This document shows, piece by piece, positions 18,801 to 28,942 of a stretch of 64,000 nt of DNA (positions are counted from its first letter, which is position 1; every line of letters starts with the position of its first letter). Origin of the DNA: a virus; the IMG/VR virus record IMGVR_UViG_3300005573_001035, positions 32,001 through 96,000 of that record. One strand, given 5' to 3'. The translations under genes were made by a program, and so were the position numbers. The notes under the pieces were generated by a model. It saw only the letters and a program-made list of their open reading frames with translations. It was not told the DNA's origin and searched no databases.

Positions 18801-21800
18801 TTACTTCTTTGTAAATTTCCCCTGGATTTCTTTAAAATCTCCCGCCAAAACTTGCTCTAAGATACTAAGTTCTTCTGGAGATTTCTCAGATAGAAGACCT
18901 AACATAATACTTTTGTTTACATTCTCAAACGCCAGGCCTTGAAGCGGTGACTGAACAAAAACTACCTCTTTAATATTTAAGAGGATTGGTTCATATGGCT
19001 CAATTAGCCTAGCGGGTTTAGACAAATCTTTCTTTGCTCTGAGTACGTGGCTCACTAAGACCTCTAAATGGACTAAATCCATAGCCCCAAACGAGGAGTA
19101 TACTGATACAAGACGACTTAAAAGATGGTGGGGGCCTTTCGTAATTTCTCTTCCAGATAGAAGACGCTGAACATATAGAACTTGTTTTTGAACATCGCTT
19201 ATGGTAGAAGGTACTTTTAGTAGATCATCTTCCTCTCCGTAGCTTATTTCAATAACTTCCTCTCTTTTCACAACGCTAGAACCAAGTTGCAATTCTACAG
19301 GATAATCTAAAATGAGTTCTAAACGATAACCATCTGAAAATAAAACTGTAGCAATAAGTGACTTAACCCAGATAGAAGTTTCTTTTATTACAAGATTATA
19401 ATTATACGTATAGAATGGATCTAAGACAATAGTCAATCTACATGGCATTTTGGTTATGAGCCGAGTTTGGTCTTGATACAAATACTTAGATAAAAGCGTC
19501 TTATCTCGAATCTCAAAATTGTTTTCTGTAATGTCTTTTAGTATATCTGGAATCTGAACATTGACCGTCCCACCTAAGTGGAATACTCGCATTATAAGCT
19601 GCGTTCCCCTCTCTCCTATCACTTGGGCTGCTATAAGCCCAACGTAAGGAGATCGAGTTTGCATCCATAAGTTACCATAACATGTATGACAAATCTTAGG
19701 ACTCTTGCAAAAGATAGGACTTCGTAACTTAATTGTATCTCCATCTGCAAAGTTATCTAAGTCAAGAAATTCCACTTTCTTGGTCTTATCGTTTATAATA
19801 AAGCGACCAGAAAGACGAGATCTAAGATCTTTATTTAACTTAACCTGGACTGCTCTTTGTGTCCCGCAATCTGTAAGAGTCCTATGCAACTCAACAGAAT
19901 TTAGAACGTAAGCCAAAATTCTAGAAAAATAACCTGTATCTGCCGTATTTATAACTCGGTTGATAATTCCGTATCTCGCTCCATATCCCATGTTAAAGTA
20001 CTCATTAGGAGTCAAACCATCTGCCAGGCCCTTAGAGATTGTTGGTAAGATATTTCCCTCAGCGTCAGATACGGTTCCTTTCGCAGCGATAATCTGAAGT
20101 GGCTGCTGCCAAGATTTAGCACCTCCAGATTCCACGAGATCATATAGAGAAGAATCTTTAAGAAGCTCAGGTAACTCAGCTTTCATCTTTGTTAGGATCT
20201 TCTCAGCCTGTTCTGGGGTTGCCATTGCAAGCTGTTGTTTGTAATGATTTAATTTTTCGGAAACCGTTAGATCATCTAAACTTATTGAAGGTGCGAACAA
20301 AGTAGCGTACTTAAAACCAAGATCTTGTAATTCGTATGCAATGTTTGCTATCTGATCTTGAGGATATCCTTTTGCAAGCAAATCTTTAAAGATCTGATCT
20401 ATTACCTTTCTGTCGGCTGGTTTGCTAGAAACATAAGATTGGAATTCTTCAGGAAGTTTTAACGCTAGAATCCATCTTCCAACGGTCATTACTTTTCCTC
20501 TGAAAGACACTAACTGATATATATCGGACATCCTCTTTATAGATTCCTCATTCTGAACCGTAATAACCGTTGAGGGATGACTTGGTGGGGGATCTTTTGT
20601 GAGAAGATACAATCCAGTATACATTTCTTTGCTTAAAGAAAATGCTAAACCCCCAACAGTGGCTGAGTTGTGGAAGGACATCATTTTAGTTCGAGCTTCT
20701 AGTTGTGCCTCATCTGTAAGAGGGTGATAGACTGCCATCGTGTCTCCATCAAAATCCGCATTAAAACCACCCACTTGCAGAGAGGGAATTCCAATTGTAT
20801 CTGTATCTGAGAGAACAGGATAAAACGCTCGGACAGATTCTCGATGCAAAACTGGGTCTCTTTTTGCGATTACTACCCTACCAGCCATGCTTGCTTCGGT
20901 GGCGTTCCACATAATTCGTTTAAGTCTATCAGGAATATGATCTCCGTCTTTAATGGCTCGTATGACTTTTAGAATCACATCGACTGATAGGGGCTCATTG
21001 GTAAATTCTTTAAGAGCTTCCCTTAGTTCGCTTGTATCTTCTCCAGAATACAAAAGCTTATGGATTATAAATGGTTCAAACATTTTAACTGCCATCTTAA
21101 ATGGCAGAGATATTTCATTTATTCGCAACGAAGGATTAGCGGAAATAACTGCTCGACCAGAATAATCAACTCGTTTACCTAGTATACTAGACCGAATCAA
21201 CCCAAATTTCTTTCCAATTCTGGCTCGGGCCAGATCATCGTATTTCATAACTTCTTCTTGTAAGTGGAATATTGAGATCGCCCCAGTTACTCCACTGGTG
21301 GTCACAGGACCAAGTGTCCGTCTAAGAATTTTAATGTAAGCATCATTAATAGAATCAATGATCCAACGACCATCAGATGATTTGAATGCTGGCCTAAAAT
21401 CAGGAGGAATAACTGGTATCTTTTGGACTGTAAAGAGCCTATCTTGGTATGCTTTTAAGAGGAAGTTATAAATCTTAGCTCTTTCACCAGTTAGATTGGC
21501 AAATCGAATCTCAGGGAATCTCTTAACAAAACCAGGAATTCCTACAATGTCTCCTCCGTTAGGGTCTTCTACTAGCTCTCCTTTGGAATTTATAGAATAG
21601 CGAGTTTGGGCCGAGAAAACATTTACGAGATTTCTAGATAATCTTATTAACATTCTGTATACAGATGGATGCAAGATAGGAACTTTCAAATCAATGTAAG
21701 AATACGTCTTTAATCTCTGAGGAGTTAAAAGAGGGCCAAAAATCGTCTCTGAAAATAGACCATCTTGATGGAAGACATCTGGTTGAGAAAATATATCTGG

Positions 21801-21857
21801 AGATGTGACTGGAATCAAACCAGAAACAAACTTTTCAACGTCAAGCAATTTAAACAT
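18801..21857 (-). CDS. rpoC: Multisubunit RNA polymerase beta' subunit (single polypeptide)
   Basis: DGLFSETIFGP, IPVIPPDFRP, GKRVDYSGRAVI, RDPVLH, NADFDGD, TADTGY, RSPIFC..CHTCYG and AAQVIGERGTQLIMRVFH. Confidence 0.95.
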   Translation of the reverse strand: MFKLLDVEKFVSGLIPVTSPDIFSQPDVFHQDGLFSETIFGPLLTPQRLKTYSYIDLKVPILHPSVYRMLIRLSRNLVNVFSAQTRYSINSKGELVEDPNGGDIVGIPGFVKRFPEIRFANLTGERAKIYNFLLKAYQDRLFTVQKIPVIPPDFRPAFKSSDGRWIIDSINDAYIKILRRTLGPVTTSGVTGAISIFHLQEEVMKYDDLARARIGKKFGLIRSSILGKRVDYSGRAVISANPSLRINEISLPFKMAVKMFEPFIIHKLLYSGEDTSELREALKEFTNEPLSVDVILKVIRAIKDGDHIPDRLKRIMWNATEASMAGRVVIAKRDPVLHRESVRAFYPVLSDTDTIGIPSLQVGGFNADFDGDTMAVYHPLTDEAQLEARTKMMSFHNSATVGGLAFSLSKEMYTGLYLLTKDPPPSHPSTVITVQNEESIKRMSDIYQLVSFRGKVMTVGRWILALKLPEEFQSYVSSKPADRKVIDQIFKDLLAKGYPQDQIANIAYELQDLGFKYATLFAPSISLDDLTVSEKLNHYKQQLAMATPEQAEKILTKMKAELPELLKDSSLYDLVESGGAKSWQQPLQIIAAKGTVSDAEGNILPTISKGLADGLTPNEYFNMGYGARYGIINRVINTADTGYFSRILAYVLNSVELHRTLTDCGTQRAVQVKLNKDLRSRLSGRFIINDKTKKVEFLDLDNFADGDTIKLRSPIFCKSPKICHTCYGNLWMQTRSPYVGLIAAQVIGERGTQLIMRVFHLGGTVNVQIPDILKDITENNFEIRDKTLLSKYLYQDQTRLITKMPCRLTIVLDPFYTYNYNLVIKETSIWVKSLIATVLFSDGYRLELILDYPVELQLGSSVVKREEVIEISYGEEDDLLKVPSTISDVQKQVLYVQRLLSGREITKGPHHLLSRLVSVYSSFGAMDLVHLEVLVSHVLRAKKDLSKPARLIEPYEPILLNIKEVVFVQSPLQGLAFENVNKSIMLGLLSEKSPEELSILEQVLAGDFKEIQGKFTKK

Positions 21858-21870
21858 ATCGTTTTCTTCC

Positions 21871-22575
21871 TCACAGAATTTTGGCCCTTATAGGAGTAAA
21901 AGATTTGAGCTCAGATAATGGAACCTCCATACATCTTAGTCCAGTAATTGACAAAGAATCTAGAACTATAGCCCCATTGTTTCTAGAATTTCTTTGTAAT
22001 TCCAGATTGGGAATTCCAGATCTAGCTTTGCTTAGTTCAATTGTATAACGAGATCCATTCTCAGGCTTCAATTCAAAGAATCTTCGAAGAAGAAAACGAA
22101 TAGAATCAATCTTCATCTTTCTACTAAATTCTAACGCTATATGAAAAGACGTCTTTCCTGTAAATCGAATACTAGCTGATATGGTCAAAGGAAAAGATTC
22201 TAATAAACTTATATAACAAAAGCTAGTAACTTGCTTTGCCTTGTTAAAATCATCTGAATCGATATCTATAACGGCTCTATTATCGTAAGCATTGAAAACG
22301 GAATGAATAGACAAAGTCCTACCCGTAACAAAAGAATCATAGTTTCGACTAGTTAAAGAGAGGGGTTGACCATTAGAATCTTTCCTTCTAACAACGATTT
22401 GGGGCGAGTCACTATCACCAAGCATCATGAATACAAAGACATTTCTCCCAAGAACCTGCTTTAGTATACTTGGTTTAACTTTTTGGTAGTAATTCCAGAT
22501 ATCAATTTCTTTAAGTCCTTGGGGATAGTAATTGTTTCTTAGAACAATGGTGTCTGGGTGAGCTGGATATGACAT
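21871..22575 (-). CDS. Stand-alone LigD polymerase-domain-like archaeo-eukaryotic primase-polymerase
   Basis: YPQGLKEIDIWNYYQKVKPSILKQVLGR resembles the PolDom N-terminus. DxD motif (VIDID) and TGKTSFHI motif II. Confidence 0.7.
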   Translation of the reverse strand: MSYPAHPDTIVLRNNYYPQGLKEIDIWNYYQKVKPSILKQVLGRNVFVFMMLGDSDSPQIVVRRKDSNGQPLSLTSRNYDSFVTGRTLSIHSVFNAYDNRAVIDIDSDDFNKAKQVTSFCYISLLESFPLTISASIRFTGKTSFHIALEFSRKMKIDSIRFLLRRFFELKPENGSRYTIELSKARSGIPNLELQRNSRNNGAIVLDSLSITGLRCMEVPLSELKSFTPIRAKIL

Positions 22576-22642
22576 TTTTTGGGCAACCCCTCTCTTTTTT
22601 TAGTTCAAGATAGATTAGTTCTCATTTTTTTTGTTCAGAATG

Positions 22643-24088
22643 TTACAAACTCTTACTAATAGCGAGTTGTAATTTAGATATAACGTCATCCATTGAGCTA
22701 CTAAAAAGGAGAGAAAGGAACTTAATTGTTTCTTCTTCTATCTTTCTGGATGGTTTAAGAAGGAGCCTTTCTTTTGTTACAATATGGTAGAAATCTGTTC
22801 TTAAGAATTTACCAACGTAATGGCTAATAATTTTACATGGCAAAGTCTTAGTTTTAAACCCGAAGAAAGTTGATCCTTCCTGGCTATCAAGAAACTCCTT
22901 CAAGAACTTAATTCGATAAGTAGTGGATACAACCCCTCCCACGTTTCCGTTCTTAGAACCAGGATAATAGAATAGAGCTTGAGAAATTGTTTTAAAATCT
23001 TTGCTTGCATACTTGGGAAGAAGCATTCCCAGATATGCTGACAAGACAGCCGCTTGGTCAGGAAACAAATCAAGAAAACTTTGATATGGGATCTTCAGAG
23101 CCTTAGATAAAAGAGGATAAGTTACACACTCAGTTAAAGGAGAGATCATCGAAATATCTTTTGTGATATCTGGAAGAGATTTCTCTGGATCTTCTAGAAG
23201 ATTACTTTCAAAAAGATGGTGCAAGTTTCTACTAGCGACAATCCATAAACGGTTCAATGTGCTAGAAGAACAAAGGGCCTTCAGGTTGCTTCCTTGGCTA
23301 TTCTCATGAATTCGAGTAGAGCAAATACCATCATCATATAGAATTGAGTCTCGATACACACCCCTTAGCAACCATTTTACCGACTCATCAACTACGGTTG
23401 AGAAAAACGTAACCGGGTTTCTATCTGGAGAACAAAGAACAAGAATACTTTGCATAATGAAATTAAAAATCTCTATAACATGAATATCCATAGTTTTATT
23501 TTTTACCCTCTTAATATAATTCCACATAGCCCTATCTGTTAGACCGTATCGAAAAACCTTCGTCTTCACAACTTCATAGATTTTAGAAATAATCTGATCT
23601 TCAACCAAATCTTTTACAAACTCATTGTAAACTATTCTATGTCTCCAGTTAGAAAATGCCAAGTCACTATTATAGATTAGAGCATAAACCTTCAAGTAAG
23701 ATGAGATCAGAATAATTTTTCTAAGTTCTTCTTCGTCGAAAAAAATCGTGGTTTTCTTAACTTTGCTTCGGTTTATAAAAGAGGAAAAATCGACATTCAA
23801 AAAATCTAAGTACCTAGAAACGTAAGACTTAATATCTGGAATCTTAGACATAAAAAACTCAAATCTTTTCTCCTCATCTTCTGTTTCTTGAAAGAAAGTT
23901 AGAATCTCACATAACATATTGCCAAATGCAGGATCAAATTTGCTGAGAGATTCCAAAAATTCAGTAACTACATTAAACTTATTGGTTATCGTTCCCCGCT
24001 CTAAGTTAAGAAGACTTACGCACCTATCTCCACAACAAACTTTATAGACACTTGGATTATCTTTGATAAATTGAATGTCCTCTCCCAC
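22643..24088 (-). CDS. Large helical protein, candidate sigma-like RNAP specificity subunit
   Basis: 481 aa, strong SD, two genes upstream of rpoC. The CDS is clear; the function is inference only. Confidence 0.45.
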   Translation of the reverse strand: MGEDIQFIKDNPSVYKVCCGDRCVSLLNLERGTITNKFNVVTEFLESLSKFDPAFGNMLCEILTFFQETEDEEKRFEFFMSKIPDIKSYVSRYLDFLNVDFSSFINRSKVKKTTIFFDEEELRKIILISSYLKVYALIYNSDLAFSNWRHRIVYNEFVKDLVEDQIISKIYEVVKTKVFRYGLTDRAMWNYIKRVKNKTMDIHVIEIFNFIMQSILVLCSPDRNPVTFFSTVVDESVKWLLRGVYRDSILYDDGICSTRIHENSQGSNLKALCSSSTLNRLWIVASRNLHHLFESNLLEDPEKSLPDITKDISMISPLTECVTYPLLSKALKIPYQSFLDLFPDQAAVLSAYLGMLLPKYASKDFKTISQALFYYPGSKNGNVGGVVSTTYRIKFLKEFLDSQEGSTFFGFKTKTLPCKIISHYVGKFLRTDFYHIVTKERLLLKPSRKIEEETIKFLSLLFSSSMDDVISKLQLAISKSL

Positions 24089-24121
24089 CCCAGTTCTCCT
24101 CCTTTACGTAAGCTACTTTTT

Positions 24122-24973
24122 TTATTCGTTAAAAAATGGAGTCATTCTAAGACCTCTTTTACAATCTAAGAACGGTCTCTGCTCAAATTCATTCATAATT
24201 AGATCTTTTGTAACTCGTTTCATTAAATCTAATCTTGGTAGTTTGGAACCTTGTCTAAGCTCTTCAGTAAAGAAAAACGTAAATGCTCCAAAAAAGTCAC
24301 CGTTCAGGTATGCATCCGCAGATGTTTGATTTTCTTGACAAGCAGAAAATACCGCGTACGGTAACTGGGTTGGGAAACTGGAGACTAATTTCTTGCTTTT
24401 GTGAATAGGTCTAGAGCTTCTAGATAGAAGCTTTCGAATAGGCGTATCGTAGTTTACTGAAAGAAGCAAGTCTACAGGTGGGGGTAAAAAACGAGGAAAC
24501 CATCTCCTTTGAACAGGCAAGCTCACCAAGGCGTCTAGAGTTCTAGTTCCAGTCCCAGAAAAGCAGCAATCTAAGATAACATTCGCTTGAACTTTCTTAC
24601 CTTTGAGTGTAGAAAATATTCGTCCAAGGTCGTCATCTGAAATGTAATTACCATTCCAATCCATATCGCTTGGACATAGAACCTCATCTAACTTATCTAT
24701 CTCATCACCACTAGTGTCTGGAACTTGGCTTCCATGACCAGAAAAATGGAAAACTAACCAGTCCCCTTCATTACATTCAGTTAACCATGAGAGCTCGCTT
24801 AGTATTGCTTCTTTTCTTGCATCATAATCAAGCAACATATGAATACTTTCTTCTGGAAAAGAAAACACATCAATAAGAACATTTTTCATACGAATAACGT
24901 CATTGCGACACCCGTTTAAATTCGCTCCTGGTATTTTGTACTTATTAATTCCAACCAATAAAGCTTTTTTCAT
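24122..24973 (-). CDS. Metacaspase/caspase-like peptidase C14
   Basis: KKALLVGIN, LNGCRND, FSGHG (His), ILDCCFSG (Cys), SACQENQTSAD and GAFT. Confidence 0.93.
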   Translation of the reverse strand: MKKALLVGINKYKIPGANLNGCRNDVIRMKNVLIDVFSFPEESIHMLLDYDARKEAILSELSWLTECNEGDWLVFHFSGHGSQVPDTSGDEIDKLDEVLCPSDMDWNGNYISDDDLGRIFSTLKGKKVQANVILDCCFSGTGTRTLDALVSLPVQRRWFPRFLPPPVDLLLSVNYDTPIRKLLSRSSRPIHKSKKLVSSFPTQLPYAVFSACQENQTSADAYLNGDFFGAFTFFFTEELRQGSKLPRLDLMKRVTKDLIMNEFEQRPFLDCKRGLRMTPFFNE

Positions 24974-25031
24974 TAGTTTTCTCCTTTACTAGTTATTTTT
25001 GTAGAATATATATAAAGATCTTTCAACCATA

Positions 25032-25568
25032 TCAGAATGAATCTTCTAGTCTGAGTTTAGAAATAACTTGAAGTACGGTCTCTGGGTCTGGAGAGGAGTT
25101 AGGATCATAACTACATGATTCCCAGATCCCAAATTGATCTGGTCTCAAGTACTTCCTCGATTTAAGAACGTTAAAATTATGAGCATAACCATAGATATTG
25201 GGGTCTGACCTTGTGAAAATTACAATCCCCGGTTTCGACTCCCTAAAGTAACTATTGCATAGGTGGGGTAAGAAATTGTCTACCGATATCCACAAATCGC
25301 AACTTTTAATTAACTCAGCAACTTCTCGAAAGGAAAGAGAAAACTCAGTTCGATCTACTCCAGGAAGAATCTTTTCTCCATCTACACCTATTTGTATAAT
25401 CTCAGAGTCAGGGAAAGCTTCTTTGATCATTCTTAAAAGTCTTTCCCAATGAGCATAGTGTTTCGCATTTTCTCTATTTGGATCATCAGTTCGAAGCTTC
25501 CTACTAAAAGGACTAATAACAATACGCATTGCTCCGCTAAATCCCCTCCTCTCTCTTGTTTCTTTCAT
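25032..25568 (-). CDS. GT9 (heptosyltransferase-like) C-terminal Rossmann half
   Basis: IVISP...AKHY..W, IIQIG, SFREVAELIKSCDLWISVDNFLPHL and PGIVIF. Confidence 0.75.
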   Translation of the reverse strand: MKETRERRGFSGAMRIVISPFSRKLRTDDPNRENAKHYAHWERLLRMIKEAFPDSEIIQIGVDGEKILPGVDRTEFSLSFREVAELIKSCDLWISVDNFLPHLCNSYFRESKPGIVIFTRSDPNIYGYAHNFNVLKSRKYLRPDQFGIWESCSYDPNSSPDPETVLQVISKLRLEDSF

Positions 25569-28500
25569 ATAGTTGCTTTTAGATACAATTCTCGATACGC
25601 ATCTATAAGACTACTTTTCCAATTTCTTTCATCTGCAAAACGATAGATATTCATTCGATCCACCTGATCTGGACCCAATAATTCTTTCGCATCTGCAATA
25701 CTAATTAGAACAACATTACCGTCTTCTTCCACTACGTCTTCAAAAACATCAGGATAACAAACTGCCATTACAATCTTTCGATCTGGAAATGCTGACCTTA
25801 CCTCTGGGAAAATAGTTCTAAACATATAATGGTCCCCAATTCCATTGTCAAGAACAATGAATTTTGGAGGAACTGGGACAATATTCCATTGTTTTAGAAA
25901 AGAAGCAAAGATCCCTTCGTCATGGTTCCACATCTCTGCTCTGGTTCCTGAACGAATCCCGCCTTGCTCCTCTCTTAGATGCCAGGTAATGGCCTCAGAA
26001 TCTACAAGTAACTTATATCCCTTCCTATACATAGAATATGTAAAGATTGTTTCCTCTCTATGTGCCACCTGAGATAGATCCAAACAGTAATCTACAATCT
26101 TCGCTCGATAAAGGAAGGAACTATATAGATGCTCTACATAGAATACTGGGAATCTCCCGCTGGTTGGGTCTCTCTCATGTTTGTACCACTGGATATTAGG
26201 AGCCCAGTAAATGTCTTTAATTTCATTGAAAGAAAGGATGTTAGATCTTGGAGAGACATTAGCTTTGGTGGGTAGAACCAGGCCAGCTACTGCTCCAATC
26301 TTCTTTTGGTCTGAATCTTCAATAAAGTGACTTAAAAGGATCTCCAAAGTCTTAGGTTCTGCAATCTCGTCATCATCTATCCTCCAGACTAGATCTTTTG
26401 CCATCTCTTGGCTTTTCTGGTGGTTATGGTGTTGACCTAGTCTGGGAGTAAAGAAAACAGACCACTTGATGCCTTTCTGAGATATCAAAGAAAAGATATT
26501 TTGATATGTACTATTCTCTCTTAGATCTTTCTGCTCTCCATCATCGAAGATAACCAGCTCATCTGGGGGAACCGTTTGATTCGCAATTGAGATTAATGTC
26601 ATGGGTAACGTAGTAAAATAACGGTCCTTCGTTGAGATACAGCACAAAACGTGGGGCTTAGAAGATGCTGGCTGGATTGTCTCAATGTTGTGTTGTGATT
26701 CTTCGATCTGAGATTCTTCATTCTTAATTTCGGAAGATGTGTCATCATTACTAGGTTGCTCTTCTAGAATCGTAGGCATGTTTTCTTGTTCCTCCTTTTT
26801 ACTAGTTTCTGGGAATCGAGTTGAGAAGATTATAGCTTTATCTCTACATTTTGAACATACAGGTTTTCCTTCAAAAAGCTCATATATTTCCTCTAAGCAA
26901 GATGAGCAGTGGTAGATCTTCCTATATGTTTTTCCTTTTTCCCATTTCATAAGCATGATATTAAAGATCCCCTGGGGATATACCCTAGATGGAATCTTCC
27001 ATGGTACATTAGAAATAAGACCATCTTCATTCATGTAATAGTAATCGAAATCAGGAAAATGCTCTTCTCCTAAGCCATGTAACTTGTGGTGGAATCCCCA
27101 GAAACCATACGGCTCTCGATAAGGAACAGAAACAAGCAACTTAGAACAGCTCTTCTTTAAAGAATTTAGAAATTCGACCCCGTTTTCTAAGTGCTCAATG
27201 GTATCAAAACACACAATGGTATCGACACTAACATTCTCCCATATAAACGTCTTTGTAATATCTGCTTGCATAAACATAGCTTCTGGGTAATTTGCTCTAG
27301 CAAATTCAATAATATTACCATCAATATCGACTCCCAGATACGTACATCCTTTCTCTATAAAGTACATACATCCATAACCGGACCCACAACCAAGCTCAAG
27401 TATTGATTCTCCAGGGAGAACTTGGTCGGAACCCCACTTGTATTTTTCATGCTCTCGAGTTGGAGGTCGTATGAATCTAGGAATCACAGGCCTTTCATAC
27501 TGATTGCCATATTTCTGTTGTAGGTAAGTTAAATTGTATCTTTCTTTTAGAATTTGGCTATTCCTCTTAAAAGATTCATCCCACTGGGGTAAACCATGAA
27601 CCGTAGCCTCTCCTTTATGGTAAATTGGAAAGCCTCCAACTAGTACCCCAGGCTCAGAATCAGATCTTTGTAAAGTTCCCGGCTCTGGAACCTGAACAAG
27701 CTTGTAACCATAATATCTAGCCTTAACACAAAAATCAGTATCTTCTCCTGCTCCAGGATAAAAAGTTTCGTCTAAAAGTCCAACTTGGTCAAAAACTTGT
27801 CTCTTAATCATAACACAAAAGAAAACGATAAATTCTTGTTGCGCCGGCTCACTTGTTGTAAGAATTGGTCCAGTAATACCAACTGAGTCATCGTTTAGAA
27901 AAGGCGTTACCAATAGATCCAACCAGTTATTAGGATAACGAGGATATATAACAACATCATTATTCAGTAGGACTACAAACTGGCCTTTGCTAACGTTAAT
28001 TCCTTCGTTTACTGCTCGACCATAGCCCAGAGGTTCGGAAAAACTTAGTAGCTTAACGTAGGGGTGATTAAGACTTCGAACAAAATCTTCGGTTCCATCT
28101 GAACAGCCGTTAGCAACAACTATGATTTCAGTATCTCCATTTTTGAAATTTGTATTTTCAATAACACTCTGAAGGCATGGTTTTAAGCAATCTTCTAAAT
28201 GATTATACGTTGGGATAATAATAGAGTACTTCATTTTATCAAAGTATCGATCTTTGATAATTTGCATATTTCTATTATAGATATCATCCCATTGTGGAAG
28301 ATCAAAAACCGTTTTCTCAGCAGCATGATAAATAGGGAAGCTCGTGGTATATGTCCAAGTATCTCTTTCTTCTGGCACCTCGACTATTTTGTATCCCCCA
28401 AGAATAACTTTCATACAGTAATCTATATCTTCACCAGATCCAGGAGAAAACACTTCATCGAGAAGACCAAATTTCTGGATTATCTCTCTTTTGATCATAA

Positions 28501-28942
28501 CTGTGGAGAAAACCAAAAATTTCTTACTTCCCAAGAACTCCGGTCTTTGTAGCTTGTTAGTTCCTGTAATTGCTACAAGTGGGTCTTCTAAAAATGGTTT
28601 TACAAGTATATTAAGCCAATCATCTGGAGCTTGCCAATCAAGTAGAACAACATCGTTATTTAAAAGAACGATAAACTCACCCTTAGCAACTTTAAGCCCC
28701 TCATTGGTAGCTCTCGTATAACCAAGGGGAGCAGGAAAGGTCAGCAACTTAAAAATATCATTGGAATAGCGCTCTTGAAGAGCAGAAACATATTGCTCCG
28801 TTCCATCTACACAACCATTCGCAACAATAATGATTTCGATTTCTCCTGGTCTTAGCGTAGTTGTTTTAATAAGACTTTCTATACAAGGTCTTAAACAATC
28901 GTTTAGGTGGTTATATGTGGGAATTATAACAGAGTACTTCAT
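25565..28942 (-). CDS. Multidomain glycosyltransferase: GT2-GT2-SAM methyltransferase-Zn ribbon-GT-A-GT9 N-half
   Basis: Two MKYSxIIPTYNH...LLNND...GEDxD repeats; LELGCGSGYG; CSSC/CSKC; RIDDDE; C-terminal DNGIGDH. Confidence 0.88.
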   Translation of the reverse strand: MKYSVIIPTYNHLNDCLRPCIESLIKTTTLRPGEIEIIIVANGCVDGTEQYVSALQERYSNDIFKLLTFPAPLGYTRATNEGLKVAKGEFIVLLNNDVVLLDWQAPDDWLNILVKPFLEDPLVAITGTNKLQRPEFLGSKKFLVFSTVMIKREIIQKFGLLDEVFSPGSGEDIDYCMKVILGGYKIVEVPEERDTWTYTTSFPIYHAAEKTVFDLPQWDDIYNRNMQIIKDRYFDKMKYSIIIPTYNHLEDCLKPCLQSVIENTNFKNGDTEIIVVANGCSDGTEDFVRSLNHPYVKLLSFSEPLGYGRAVNEGINVSKGQFVVLLNNDVVIYPRYPNNWLDLLVTPFLNDDSVGITGPILTTSEPAQQEFIVFFCVMIKRQVFDQVGLLDETFYPGAGEDTDFCVKARYYGYKLVQVPEPGTLQRSDSEPGVLVGGFPIYHKGEATVHGLPQWDESFKRNSQILKERYNLTYLQQKYGNQYERPVIPRFIRPPTREHEKYKWGSDQVLPGESILELGCGSGYGCMYFIEKGCTYLGVDIDGNIIEFARANYPEAMFMQADITKTFIWENVSVDTIVCFDTIEHLENGVEFLNSLKKSCSKLLVSVPYREPYGFWGFHHKLHGLGEEHFPDFDYYYMNEDGLISNVPWKIPSRVYPQGIFNIMLMKWEKGKTYRKIYHCSSCLEEIYELFEGKPVCSKCRDKAIIFSTRFPETSKKEEQENMPTILEEQPSNDDTSSEIKNEESQIEESQHNIETIQPASSKPHVLCCISTKDRYFTTLPMTLISIANQTVPPDELVIFDDGEQKDLRENSTYQNIFSLISQKGIKWSVFFTPRLGQHHNHQKSQEMAKDLVWRIDDDEIAEPKTLEILLSHFIEDSDQKKIGAVAGLVLPTKANVSPRSNILSFNEIKDIYWAPNIQWYKHERDPTSGRFPVFYVEHLYSSFLYRAKIVDYCLDLSQVAHREETIFTYSMYRKGYKLLVDSEAITWHLREEQGGIRSGTRAEMWNHDEGIFASFLKQWNIVPVPPKFIVLDNGIGDHYMFRTIFPEVRSAFPDRKIVMAVCYPDVFEDVVEEDGNVVLISIADAKELLGPDQVDRMNIYRFADERNWKSSLIDAYRELYLKATI

